Positions 15,425 to 30,040 of a stretch of DNA of 64,000 nucleotides are shown piece by piece; within the stretch, counting starts at the first letter, position 1, and each line of letters opens with the position of its first letter. Source of the stretch: the human T2T-CHM13v2.0 reference genome, Homo sapiens; assembly GCF_009914755.1 (NCBI RefSeq), contig NC_060944.1, one strand, 5' to 3'. Under the pieces are notes generated by a model, which saw nothing but the letters and a program-made list of their open reading frames with translations, was not told the origin of the DNA and did no database searches. A program made the translations under genes and the position numbers.

Positions 15425-16542
15425 AGTCCTGTACTTTTTAATCATAGGACTTACTATATAAATTCCATCTGTTCATCATATGATTGTTTATCTTCAGTTT
15501 CCCCTATTAGTCAACAATTTCCATGAAGTCGGGGTCAGGTCTGTTTTGTTCCATATTGATCCGTAGGGCACAGTACAAGTGCTGGCATGTGGTAGACAAG
15601 AATGTTTCTGAATGAGTGAATGAATCAATGAATAAATGAGACTGTGACTGTGTGAACAGAAAATCATTGTACATCTCTAAACCTCAATTTCTTTATCAAT
15701 AAAGGTCTGCGGGTCCCTTCAAGCTTAAGCATTTTGTAGATTTCACCACTAAATAAGAAATTACAGAAATGTGGAGCGAGGTGGAAAGTTCTAGACATTA
15801 CTTGAGACCATTTTGTTCCCATAATGACTTTTTCTAAAGCATCTAAGAAAATGGCAGTAATTTATGATTGGAAGGTCAAATATGCCATGAAATTTTATCA
15901 GAGCACAGTCCTGCCACTTCATTAAGACACAGAACCTGTACAATCCATATTTGACTGTTGAAACAATTCATTGAGGTGACCGTTTACATTTTTTTCAGGA
16001 ATGAAAAGCTTTTCCAACTCAAAGTTAAAATCTGAGGTCTCAAAATGTAAGAGACACTCCTGGTAATCACTCTGTCCCTGATTTATGCAATCTAGCAACT
16101 AATAAAATATGGATCAGAGAGATTTAATATAAATTTGTAATTATCTTTTTACTTCTTATTACTTTTGGTAATAACTTTTGTGGCTTTCTCATCACATCCT
16201 CTCCTTTCAGAACAAAGTAAACCACACCAAAAGCACAGAAGGGTTCATTTGGCCGAGTTGTCAAATGAATTGTATAAAAAATAGAATGATGGAGGGTTTA
16301 CATTGAAATTGAAAAGTTTATAGCCAATTTAAACTTGGCAAGAGTCTTGTGTACAATACTGGGTTAATCATCTGTTGTTAAGATTCAGAATTTAGAAAAG
16401 TTATAGTCATCTTCTGGACCTAGCCTAAGAGCTCTCCTTCTTCCCATATTGCCCCAGCCATGCTAAGGTTCTTCCCTCCTCTTTGCCCAGGGCCAATGCT
16501 TAATAAAAAATCCATGGCAATGAACTCATCATGCAGACAGCA

Positions 16543-16750
16543 AAGACAGCATAGCACAGTGGTTAAATGCACAGGCACTGGAGGAACTGTTTATGTTTAA
16601 ACTTAATCTCAACCTCTATCTTAGCTTCCTCAACTGTAAAATGGGGATAATTGTAGTACCTGCTTTGCCATTGGTGTCAGAACGAAATGAGGTAATACCA
16701 TAGAGTACTCAACACACATAAAGTGCTCCAAGAACAGTGACTATTGTGAC
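16543..16750 (+). mobile_element. MIR
   Basis: gcatagcacagtggttaa...cttcctcaactgtaaaatggggataat. Confidence 0.8.
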
Positions 16751-16999
16751 AATGATAACAGTGGGTCAAAGAAGAAATACTACAAATCTGTGTATGAAGG
16801 TCCGGTACTCAACATTGTAAAACAGACAATGTTGCCAATAAGTTTGATGAGCTACCTTTTATAAAACATTTGTGTTGAATTTGATAACTACCAACTATCA
16901 AGCACCTACTAAGTGCCAGGTGTACATAAAATCCCACTCTATTCTCCCAGTAACCCAAAGATGTGGATGTAGTGGTAGTAGTTGTGGTAATTGATGTAC

Positions 17000-17250
17000 T
17001 GGTAATAACAATAAAAATAAAACATAACAATTTCTGAGTACATATTGGGCCTGGCACTGTGATAAGGTTGTTATATGTATTACCTCATTTAATTCCTCTT
17101 AGCAAACCTACACTCTAAGAATGAGAATTACTTTCATTTTAGAGAAAATTAACTATTGTCCGAAGAACTAAGAAGCAAGTCCAAGAGCCAACAATTCGTG
17201 TGGAAAGCTGAGAATGGAACCAGGTTTTTCTGGCTCCTGATAGATACTAC
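17000..17250 (-). mobile_element. MIR
   Basis: ggcactgtgataagg...ctcatttaattcctc...cattttag. Confidence 0.65.
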
Positions 17251-17419
17251 CCCACCTCAATCTTATGGTCTTGGGAATTCAGAACTGGAAAACAGAGTAT
17301 GAGTCAGTTAACAGTAAAAGTATGAGCTGTGTGAGTATGTAGACCAGGACTGGGGCCAGGATGTGGTAAGTGAGGTGCCCTGGATAAAATATATATGTAT
17401 ATATGGAGGCCCTTAACTC

Positions 17420-19110
17420 TCAGGAGGAATTCAAAGTAGGTAGTATGAAACCAGAATTTTTTGTGTGCAGATCATTGGAAATGATGGCAAATAGGGCCAC
17501 TTATCCTTCTACCACAGGGTTCCAAAAATTTGCATTTTCTACCTACTGGGGACACAGAATCATATAACCAACTTGACTGGGGCTGTGTGTTAGAACCTAG
17601 AGGATGGCACTGCATCCTCTTCGGAAAGCATCTCCAAGCTTTGCCTCAGTTGCACCTCCAAAAGGCCATTCTGTTGCTCAGGCTGGCTGCTTCAGAGTCG
17701 CCACGAAGTGGCAGGACCCGTGTGCTCACGGCCACATTTCCTTTACTGTAAAGTGATCCAACACAATTTTATGCCAGATTCTGTGCAGATAGATCAAATA
17801 CTGTAGAGTCTTGGAACATGGTACTGGCAGAGGCCCTGCGAGCAGGACAGGAAAACTCAGCTGGAATAAGTATTGACACGACTCAAGAGGAAGCGTTGTG
17901 CCTTGCGAGTGGAAAGGAGATTGATGTAATCAATTTGCCACCAAGTGACTGACTAGACTCCTTAGGGAATAGTGTCCTATCACATGCTTGGCACACATTC
18001 TGTGGCTGGCAGGTTGGATATCCAGCAGTAGCAGCAGCTAGACAAGCCTTGGTGATTGAAAAGTCCTTGCTACTGGGCCATGCACATCTTCCATCCCTGC
18101 TGCCATAGCTGCTGCATCATCCACTTGCTGTGCCAGCACTGGCTGGCCAATGATAGATACTGGCCACAATCAGCTAGTCGAGTTATTCTGTCTCCTTGAT
18201 TATTTAGTGCTTTTTCTCTGGTGGTTGCTCTCTGGTGGGCATTGGAATACAATACAAAGAGGTTCACACCTTGTGCCTTCTCACATGGTTCCATCCGCAT
18301 GCTATTTCCTCAAATCATCTTGATCCCATTCTTCCAAAGCCCTTTCTTTTTTTAGGCCCCCAACCAATCATCTGAGCAACCCCCATAGCCTGTGAGTCTA
18401 CATTCTATTCTTAGGGCTCATCTCTTTTCACACACAGTGTATGGCTGGGAGCACTGCCTAAAGGTCTGCCATTGGGAGGATTTCTCTTCTCTGCTCTTTT
18501 CTGGGACATCCCTGAGTGTGCAACAGCTTTTGATCTCACACACCGAGCCAACACATCCATGAAACAAATGTGGTCCCTTTCATTCTTTTTCAGGTGGTCA
18601 TAAGGGAACCCTCATGTGGCCTCATGTGTGTACCAATGGATAAGCAATCGTACAGCCCTGGTGAATTACATGGGGTTCTGGATCACCTGTTCATGGAGCT
18701 GATTTGTGCTCTCCAGCCTTGTTTCTTCCCAATACCAGATGTGCCATGTACACCTTTCCATGCATTGCTGCTGGACCTGGTAGGTCCTACATCATTTTGG
18801 GTAGCCCTGGACACATGGTCACTTGATATTCCATGGTCAGGGACTCCATCTCTACAAAAGCCACTAGAATGCCAAGAGCTGCTTTTAAAATGACATGCAA
18901 TTATCTGCTACAGATGGCATGGCTGCACTCCAGAAACCTAGGGCTCTGCATTATCTTCCTACTGGAGTTTGCCATAAACTGCACTCTGCATCTTTCCCCA
19001 TCAGATACTTCCAATGCCATTTGGCCTTTCAGGTCATATGTCTAAGCAGCAGGACCAATTGCACTGCAGTCTGGACCTCTACAGAGCCTTTTTCTGCTAT
19101 CAGCCCTATT
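17420..19110 (-). mobile_element. Degenerate ERVL internal pol (connection/RNase H/integrase), HERV16/ERV3-16-type
   Basis: Minus-strand peptides ALGFWSAAMPSVADN, FVLYSNAHQRATTREKALNNQGDRITR and TWWQIDYI...AQRFLL..VNTYS resemble ERVL pol (PLGFWSKALPSSADN, FVSHVNAHQR..NNQVDRMTR, TWWQVDYI); many stops and frameshifts. Confidence 0.85.
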
Positions 19111-19355
19111 CCATGCTGAAAGCTCTAGGTTATTCAGTTTCCCACCTTGATAAAAGAGAGTCAAGTTTTATACCTCCTTGATAAGTCTATGAATTCAGGC
19201 TACTTCCAGGACAAGGAGGTTCTCTTTAGCCAAAGGAACTTTCCAGAGAGCAATCCAACTAAGAGCCATCAATCACTAACACTCTCAGGAGCTGAAAAAA
19301 GAATGCCTCGGTTCTGAAAGAAGGGTCTGGGTGATATACCAGAGAATCCACTATA
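19110..19355 (-). mobile_element. LTR16C-like LTR, 5' half
   Basis: Reverse complement starts tatagtggattctctggtatatcacccagacccttctttcagaaccgaggcattc, similar to the LTR16C 5' end. Confidence 0.6.
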
Positions 19356-19658
19356 GGATCTGCTTTAAAGGCCTGAAAGAAACTTGCACAGAGAGAATTC
19401 ACCAGATACGTGGCAACTGCAGGAGCCCACATATCTCAAGTGAGAGAAAGAAACAGAGACTTAGAGAGACAGACAGACAACCTAATGTTTTGCTAATTCT
19501 TCCCTAAAATTGGGTTTTTAAGTATCTACTGCATCTTTAAGGTAACTCAGCTTCTCATAAGCTAATCTAATTGAGTTTCTGTTCCTTGCAACTAAATATT
19601 CCCTGTGTCTGTAAGATTTTCTACCTAATGGCTGTAAGTAATTCGAAATAAATAGTAA

Positions 19659-20058
<400 letters not shown>

Positions 20059-20390
20059 GTTCTTTTAGTTTTAAATGTAACATGAAGTAGAAACTGAAAA
20101 AAGCATACGAAACCTAAGCGTCTGATTAAATATTACGACAATCCTCAAAATTAAGTCAAACAACTTAAAGGCTTTATTTTATCCAAGTATGGCTCTAATA
20201 GCGTATACACAATTTACTCCCTAAAGACCATACAATTCGGATTTGTGGATGGTTACAAAAAATGCAAAGCCAGAGAGATGTTTACTCTGGAACTATCTAT
20301 CTGTGATAATTTATGAGATTATCTTGAGAAATACAATCTGTTTCACCTTTACTCACCCCTAAGTAATAACACTATCTTAAAAAGTCTGTT

Positions 20391-20915
20391 GCATCAGTTA
20401 GCTATTGCTGGGTAACAAACCTCCCCAAATATCAGTGGCTTTGAATAAGCATTTACTATTGCTTATGCATCTAAGGGTCAGCTTGGAAGTTTGGTCTGTA
20501 ATGTGCTTCATGACACTTCTGAGATCAGTTGAACTTTACATGGGTGGTGCTATTTGACTGAGATCTTATAATATACATGGTTTAGGATGACTTTAAATGG
20601 AACAACTGAACTTGCTTTTATATGGACATTTCCCTTCTCGTTAGCCAGCCTTGGCTTTTTCTCATGGCAGAGGTAGGGTCCCAAAAGCATGAGTTGAAAA
20701 TGTGCAATGCCTCTTGCAGCCTAAGCTTGAAGTGACATATAGTCACATTTATCACATTCTATTAGCCAAAGCAAGCCACATAGCAAGACTTGATTCACAG
20801 TGGAAAAACAGACTCTACCCCATGATGAGCCAAGCTTCGAAGTCTCAATGCAGGGGCTGTGGATACAGAGAAAAGATGGGTTAGAGTCATTTTTGCAATC
20901 AAGTACAACTATAAG
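20391..20915 (-). mobile_element. MLT1 (G/H-like) MaLR LTR
   Basis: catcagttagctattgctgggtaacaaac...cacattctattagccaaagcaag...atttttgcaatc. Confidence 0.75.
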
Positions 20916-20939
20916 AGACTAATATTCATCCTAGTCAAC

Positions 20940-21115
20940 CATTTTCTAGCTGTGTGACTCTGAATAATTTAACTACTTCATCCGTTATTTATTTTCACAA
21001 TTTATAAAATAGATAATAATACACAATCTGCCTAAATGTTGTTGTGAATATCAAATAACACATAAAGTACATGTCACAAAGCCTGGTACATACTCAACAA
21101 ATATTAGCTATTATT
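20940..21115 (+). mobile_element. MIR
   Basis: ctagctgtgtgact...taaaatagataata...caacaaatattagctattatt. Confidence 0.75.
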
Positions 21116-21934
21116 TCTTGTTGATAATATTTATAAACTTCTTCATTCATTTTTTAAACTTGTTTTATAGATCCAGGAGTGGAGGTAAGCAGGTATGAAA
21201 GGAGGATGACAGTATACTCAAAAGCAAGGAATAAATGCCTTTATCTCATATTCCACCAAACCAAATTCCCTCTGGCCTAAGTTCTTTCTTGATGAGTAGT
21301 TTTGTAAGTTACTTTATGCCAAATAAAAACTTCACAAATGGTTTCCCAGGATAAGACAGAGTTCACAGAGCAGCCACAGAGATGTCAAAAACAAAAGCTG
21401 AGTGAATATGACAATAAGTGCACTGCTTGTGCATTTAGGTTTATTTGCATTTTTCATTGATATTCTGTACGAGTTCAGAACAGTAGCTAATCCAAGCTAA
21501 ATTTACAGCTTGTAAAACAACTAGGTTATTAACATGACACACTTCTTATGCCCTGAACTTTCAAAAATATTCTAAATAAAGGGAATTTTTTTTATCTGTT
21601 TAACAGAGAACAAAAGAGACAGAGAAGATTATGGGCAAAAACTGGCTAATTTCCAAATGTAGGATTTTATCCTAATAAGAATTTCCTTTATCAAACTCAC
21701 ACCACTTTGGACTTTGAATATCTTTGCTGAATAGTTTCTTTGTCTTCCACCACTGTATCAGTATTTTCTCAAATCCTATTCTTTTTGATGATGATTAGTT
21801 GAATATATTTTTAAAAAGTAAAATTTTTAAAGACAAAAGGTATGCATGTAGACTAGAAAATAGTTAAACATCAACTGAAAATTAACTGGGGCAAAAATGT
21901 GACTTCCTATTTGAACAACTCACAAATTTCATAA

Positions 21935-22252
<318 letters not shown>

Positions 22253-23285
22253 TGAAAGACACAAACTACTACCTCACAAAATGAGAAAGAGATAAATTAA
22301 ATAGGCATGTATCTATTAACTGAATCAACAACTAATAACCTTAAAAAAGAAAACACTGGCCCAGATGGTTTTACTGGTGAATTCTAATACTTAAGGAAGA
22401 AATGATACCAAATCTATTCAAGAAAATAGAAGCAGAGGGAATACTTCCTAACTCATCATATGAGTACAGCACTGTCCTCATACCAAAACTAGACAAAGAA
22501 ATTCTAAGAAAGAAAACTACAGATCAATATCTCTTCTGAGCATCATGCACAAATCCTCAATAAATATTAGCAAATTAAATTTAACAATGTATAAAAAGAA
22601 TACCACAACTGAGTATGATTTACTAAAGGTGTATAAGGCTGGTTCAACATTTGAAAATCAATGTAAGACAGCACATCAATAGGCTAAAAAAGAAAACTCA
22701 TATAATTATATCAATTGAGACACAAAAATATTGAAAAATACAACACTCATTCATGATCATTATTTTCAGCAAATTAGAGATAGTGGGGGAGTCTTCCCAA
22801 CTTGATAAAGAACACCTACAAAAAATCTACAGTGGACACCAGGCTTAGTGGTGACAAAGTGGTTGCTTTTACCCTTAAGGTTGAGAACAAAGCAAGATTG
22901 TCCTCTCTTATTACTCTCTTTCAACATCATACTGCAAGTCTTAGCTAGTGCAATAAGTCAAGAAAAAGAAACAAAAGTCATATGGATTGAAAAAGAAAAA
23001 ATAAAAACAAAAAACATTGTTGTCTGTGTAAAAGTCAAAAATTTGACAGAAAAGAGACTCCTCCTGGAACTAAGAAGCAAGTATAGAGACATTGCAGTAT
23101 AGAGAGTGGTTAATATACAAAAAGTCCAATTCCTTTTTTATAGAACAGCAATGACCAATTAAAAGTTGAAATTAAAAGACAACACCATTATATTAGTGCC
23201 CCCAAATAAATAAAATACTTAGGGATTAATGTTCAAAATAAAGAAAATATAAATAAATGAAGAAATATTCTATGTTCATGAATTA

Positions 23286-24333
23286 TGTCTTCATTCAGTT
23301 TGGACTGCTATAACAAATTGCCATAGACACAGTGCCTTAGACAACAAACATTTATTTATCACAGTTCTGAAGGCTGGGAAGTCCTATTGTGGGAATCAGG
23401 GGGACCAGAGAGACCTCAGGGTAAAGGATGAGGATTTTATTGAGTGCACTCAGACCCAGTGGATTAACATCCTGAGACTGGGCCCAGAACAAAGAAAGCA
23501 CATGACTTTTATATACACTTCTAAAAGGGGGTGGGCGAGCCTAAAACAAGCTTACCATGGCATGAAGTGTAGTGGCGTGAAAGCAAGGATGCAGTGGCAT
23601 AACAAAGGCAGTGAATCAAATTGTGACACGTGCATAACTCAGGATTACATATGACCATTGCCAAGCAAGCCAGATGGCTGTTATCTAGGCTTGCTCAGGC
23701 TTCTTGTGACCTGCACTGTATTTCTCAGATAAAACAGAATACTTGAAGTTACTAGTTACAGAGAACAGGAATCTATAAACTCATAAAACTTGCAGAGTAA
23801 GGTACAATCACATGGAGAGAGGTGGGATTCTAGGGGGAACTTTACTTTTTCTTATCCTTATGTTGAGGGAGTGCTGGGAGAGTCTCCACAACACATTCCT
23901 TTGTGTCCTAGCTTCTTAGATAGTGTTTATCAAGGCTTTTCCTGGGTCTGGGCTGTGCCTGTTCCTGCCTCTGGGATAAATCAGCCTAATACAGTAAAGC
24001 TTATTTCTTTTTCTTTTTAAATTTTATTTTCCTTTAATTCTTTAATTTCTGCCTCAGTCCAAGATTAAGGTGCTATCAGATGGGGTGTCTCTGAGGACCA
24101 ACATTCTGATTTGCAGATGGCCATCTTCTTGCTGTGCCTTCACATGGTAGAGAACAGGGAGGGTAATCAAGCTCTCTTTGGTCTTGTCTTATAATGGAAC
24201 TATCTCATTCATGAGGACTCCACCTTTATAACCTAATTACCTCCCAAAGTTTCCACTTCCTAGCACCATCACACTGAGGGTTAGAACTTCAACATAGGAA
24301 TTTGGGGGTGACAAAAACATTCAGTCTATATTA
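23286..24333 (-). mobile_element. MLT1A-like MaLR LTR (split)
   Basis: ctgctataacaaattgccatagac...ggctgggaagtcc | aagattaaggtgc...aacattcagtcta. Confidence 0.85.
23385..24056 (-). mobile_element. Solo LTR, probably ERV1 class (subfamily not identified)
   Basis: Termini TGAGGCAG...CAATA on minus; TATA and AATAAA on minus; 4-bp TSD GTCC (23381-84 / 24057-60). Confidence 0.8.
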
Positions 24334-25149
24334 CTGGAAAATTCAATATTGTTAAGATGTCATTTCTCAACAATTTGATCTATAGATTTAATACAATTCC
24401 AAACAAAATCCCAGGAAGCTATTTATAGATACTGACAGACTGATTCTAAAGTTTACATGGAAAGACAAAATCCTGCAAAACTAAAAAGAAAGAAAAAAGT
24501 TAGAAGCATCATATTACTTGATTTCGAGACTTACTACAAAGCTACCGTAATTGAGACAGTGTGGTATTGGTGAAAGAACAGGCACATAGGTCAATAAAAC
24601 AGAAGGGAGTGCCTAGAAATAGACACAAATAAATATGGTCAACCAATCTTTGAAAAAATAAACAATGAGATAATACATTTTAGTGATCTGACTGGTAAAG
24701 ATATTAAATATAGATGCTACCCAGAGTCGGTAAAGTTCTATGGAAAAAGACATCCTCTTACACACTATTGGTAGAAGTGTAAAGTTATTGTCTTTGGGGG
24801 AGAGTAATTTGCCAACAAACACTATAATTTTAAGTACACAGCAATTTCATCTTTCATTATTTATGCTTGGAAAATATTAATTAATAGAAAACTTATATTT
24901 ACAAGTAGAATGTAGTAGGTCATGGCAGGCCAATTATCCCACTAAAATAACTATTTAAAAATTGTATAAATTATAAAAATTCTGTTTATATTTCTAGGAA
25001 GCAATAAGGAGCTGATGAACTCAAATTTCAGGCTGGAAGGAATCTCTTCAACTCTTTCAGGGTTGAGGAGACAAAGGCTTGCCAAAATTGTAATAAAGTC
25101 GTGCCCAAGGATCTAGGATAAGCCAGAAATTGAGACTCACATTTTCCTA

Positions 25150-26100
<951 letters not shown>

Positions 26101-26489
26101 AGAGAAATGTTAAGGATTTTCACTTTAGTGTTGTTTGTAATAGCAAAAAGAAAGAAAAGAAAACAATCATAAAGTCCATTTACATAGGAATATTTAAATG
26201 TCTTACAGAATCTCCATTCTATAGAATAGAATTTTGAAACAATGAAATGGACCTATATGCATTTATATAAAAATATCTCTAAGACATATAGTGTATTTTT
26301 ACAATATGTAAATGAGATAATACTATACATATTATTTAACTTGTTTTTCCCCTTAACTACATAATTATAAGCAAATATTTATGCTTTAAATTTTCAGAAA
26401 GGAGAAATTTATAGAAGGATATGTATAGATACATATAAAACAATAAATGTATACAAAGATAACAGCAAATTAATAACAGTAGTTTTTTT

Positions 26490-26942
26490 AATTAGTTTTC
26501 TCTTTTAGTTGTTATAAATTACCACAAACTTAGTGCATTAAAACAATACAAATTTAGTATCTTACAGCTCTGGAAGTCAGAACTCCAAAATGGTTCAATA
26601 CAGCTGTGTGTTCTCTGTAGGCTCTGGTGGAGAATCTGTTTTCTTACCTTTTCCCAGCTTCTAGAGGCCACCTGCATCCCGTGACTATGGCCCCTTCATC
26701 ACTCCAGCCTCTGCTTTGATTGTCCAATCACTTTTTCTGACTCTGACCCTCCTGCCTCCCTTCTCTAAGGACCCTTGAGATTATACTGCATCCACATGGA
26801 TACTCCAGGATAATCTTTCTATCTCAAGATCCTTGACTTAATGACATCAACAAAGCTATAATTTAAGTAATACAGTTACAAGCTTTAGGGATTAGGATGT
26901 GAACATCTTTAGGGGTGAGGGGCCATTATTCTGTCTACCAAC
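26490..26942 (-). mobile_element. MLT1B/C-like MaLR LTR
   Basis: taccacaaacttagtg...cttctagaggccacctgcat...ggccattattctgtctacca. Confidence 0.82.
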
Positions 26943-28129
26943 ATGGAGTATAGGAGAGTATTTCTCTAGGCACTTTAGGATTGTGTGAATCTTTTACAAG
27001 AAAAATATGTTTATTTTCTATTGGTGTAATTAGAAATAAAATGAAAATTAATAAAGTTCTTAAAGTGATTGAGAGTACCAATCAAAGGTAGGTTGAAGGT
27101 CAACTTTACTAAAAAAATTATGGTGTGTATTTAGTATAAACCATGTGGCCACCAACTTTGGCACAGTCCTTAGCCCACAGCCCTCAGTAAAAAATAGAGC
27201 TAAGACCCTTGAGAGAACCTCTCGAGGTGCCCAATTGGCCTGACACTCCCTTTGTACTGGCCTGACTACTGTGTTGAGACTTCCTTGACTGTTATATCTG
27301 CTAAAGTTGAACAAAAATAATATGCCTATTCTCTCTTTTGATAAAGAAACTCCAGAAATGGAAGTTCTGGAATAAAAAGGACACTTTTATTTGTTTATTT
27401 TCTTGTCTCTATTTGGGTCTTTTTAAAAATTCAGATAGCCAAATGAGAACTCAAGCTATATCCAACTCACAATGTGATCACTCACATAAAGCAATCTCAA
27501 AAGAAACTTCCACTGCTTCAGAGACCAAGGGTTCCTTGGACCGATGGCATGAACAGAGATATGGTCACTTGGAATGTCTTAAGATGACAAAGGTTATAAA
27601 GCCAATCTAAACCTGGATATATCTGACTTTGTTTTAGCCTTCATTGGTACTTGTTTAAAGGCAATGACACAATCTGCTTATGTAATAATTACTATCAGCA
27701 TTAATGATGTGTCTGTCATTCCAAGACCAAAAGAAAGAATGTTTGAAAGAGAGAGAAAAATCAAAGGATGTTTATAATGAGAAAATTATATGTCGAAGGG
27801 GAAGGCAGTAATTCTTGACAATATTATAAGAAAATTCTTAAAATAGCACCAATTTTTCTTGTTAACAGCATTGGAAATGAGAGAGCAGCAGTATTTTGGT
27901 GAGTATGATATTTTTATGTAAATAACAAGTTGCCAAGAAGATAACTAGGAAATTGTAGACTTTAGAAATTAGGTTCATCAGCCATTTGTACCTATCCTGC
28001 CCCAGGAAGAAAGCCTTGTCTGAACTCTTCAAAAAATTGAATGGAGCCAAGATAAGCCATTCTTATTATGTGTTCATATTTTTTAACTGAACTCATGTAA
28101 ATTTCTTTAGAGGAAGTAAAAGTATTTGT

Positions 28130-28340
28130 AGGAGATTGCAGATCAAATTCTGGCTCCGTACCTCACTAGATATGTGACCTTAGACAAGGTCTTTGAGCTT
28201 TCTGAGCCTCAGCATCCTCATAAAATGGAGAAAATAATATTTACTTCCTAGGATTGGTGGAAAGATTAGACAAAGCACTTAATATAGTGCCTACCATATA
28301 GTTGGCATTCAAACATACAACATGCTTATTGCAACTATGA
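28130..28340 (+). mobile_element. MIR
   Basis: tgtgaccttagacaagg...ctgagcctcagcatcctcataaaatggag. Confidence 0.8.
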
Positions 28341-28699
28341 TTCATCACCCCTCACAAACCCTCTCCTACTCCCCCACACATGCCCTGTCTTAGGTTTCCT
28401 GTTTCACGCCCCTTTCAACACCCTTCAAAAGATGCATGGTATGACTGCGAAGACATGAAACTGAATTTTTAACATACACCAAAACCTCTCTACCAACCAG
28501 CATGTGCGTTGGATTATTTTTTTCCTCCATGCAGTCGCATGTGAAGGTGCACACTTACTCCAAATGGGTGGACCATTTATCAAACCATTCTTGAAACTTC
28601 AGTCTGGGAATTGCCTTCAGTTCAGTTCAACCATTCTCTCAGGAAAACCTCTCATTGTTTTATGAGCATCTCTGGTTTAGACCAACAAGAGCACACAAT

Positions 28700-29260
28700 T
28701 CCTTCTTTATTCAACTAATATTCAATGAAACACATTATGTATGAAGAACTATGCTTGCCTGTGGATGTATTCCAGTAAAATAGACAGGATCCTTGACATC
28801 TTGACACTTACAACATAGTAAGAAGACAACCAATAAACAAATAAAGTAGATAAATATATCATTATACATTAAGACAAATGCTACAAAGGAAATGAACATG
28901 GTACAGTAATGGAGGATAACTGTGGGGATGCATCTATTTAGTCAGTGAAGAATGATAATCTCTTAATTACATAGGGAAACCATCGAAGGGTTTTAAGCTG
29001 GAGAGTGACAAACCTGGACTTAGAATTTCAAACAGGCACTCAGGCTGCTCTGTAGAAAAATGAATGGAGGGTAAAAGTGTATGAGGAACCAGTAAAGAGT
29101 AGATATCCAGGCAAGAAATGGTTGTGCTTCAGATGAGAACCCTAGTAGTAGCTATAGAGAGAAGCATATGCATCTGAGAGGGATTTTTGAATTAGAAAAG
29201 GCAGAATTGGATGCTGAAGGTGGGGAGTGGAAAAGGAGGAATCCAAGATAACTCCTAGGG
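28700..29260 (-). mobile_element. L2
   Basis: ttattcaac...gggaaaccatcgaagggttttaagctggagagtgac...ggaggaatccaagataactcc. Confidence 0.75.
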
Positions 29261-29704
29261 AAGCTGGATTACTGATGAAGCCATGGAGCTTCAGCTTTGG
29301 GTTCTTCCTTATGGAGAAACCCCAACCAAGGCTTTAGTGAAGGTCTTACCAATAAGTTCTTGGGGTATCTGCGTACATATTTTAAATGGAAGGTCCTCAA
29401 ATTACATAAGCCTCAGACCCCTCAAAGCCTGTATTTTCCTGCTCCCTGCTTTGCACTTTAACCACCAGGTAGACAGGGACCCATTTTGTGGAGATGAGAA
29501 ACAAGTGTTGTGGGAAGGGTTGGAGTTCCATTTGGATGCGTGGAGTTTTGGTGCCTGTGGGCATTCAGATTATCAAACAAGATTCTAAATGGCTTCTGAA
29601 TCTTTCCAGATATCAAATTTACTTTCAAAGAAAAAAACTGTATCATTGACAATATTCAGCTTCCAAACTGGTGGTTCTTGATATTTTTTAATCATCTTTG
29701 ACCT

Positions 29705-30040
<336 letters not shown>

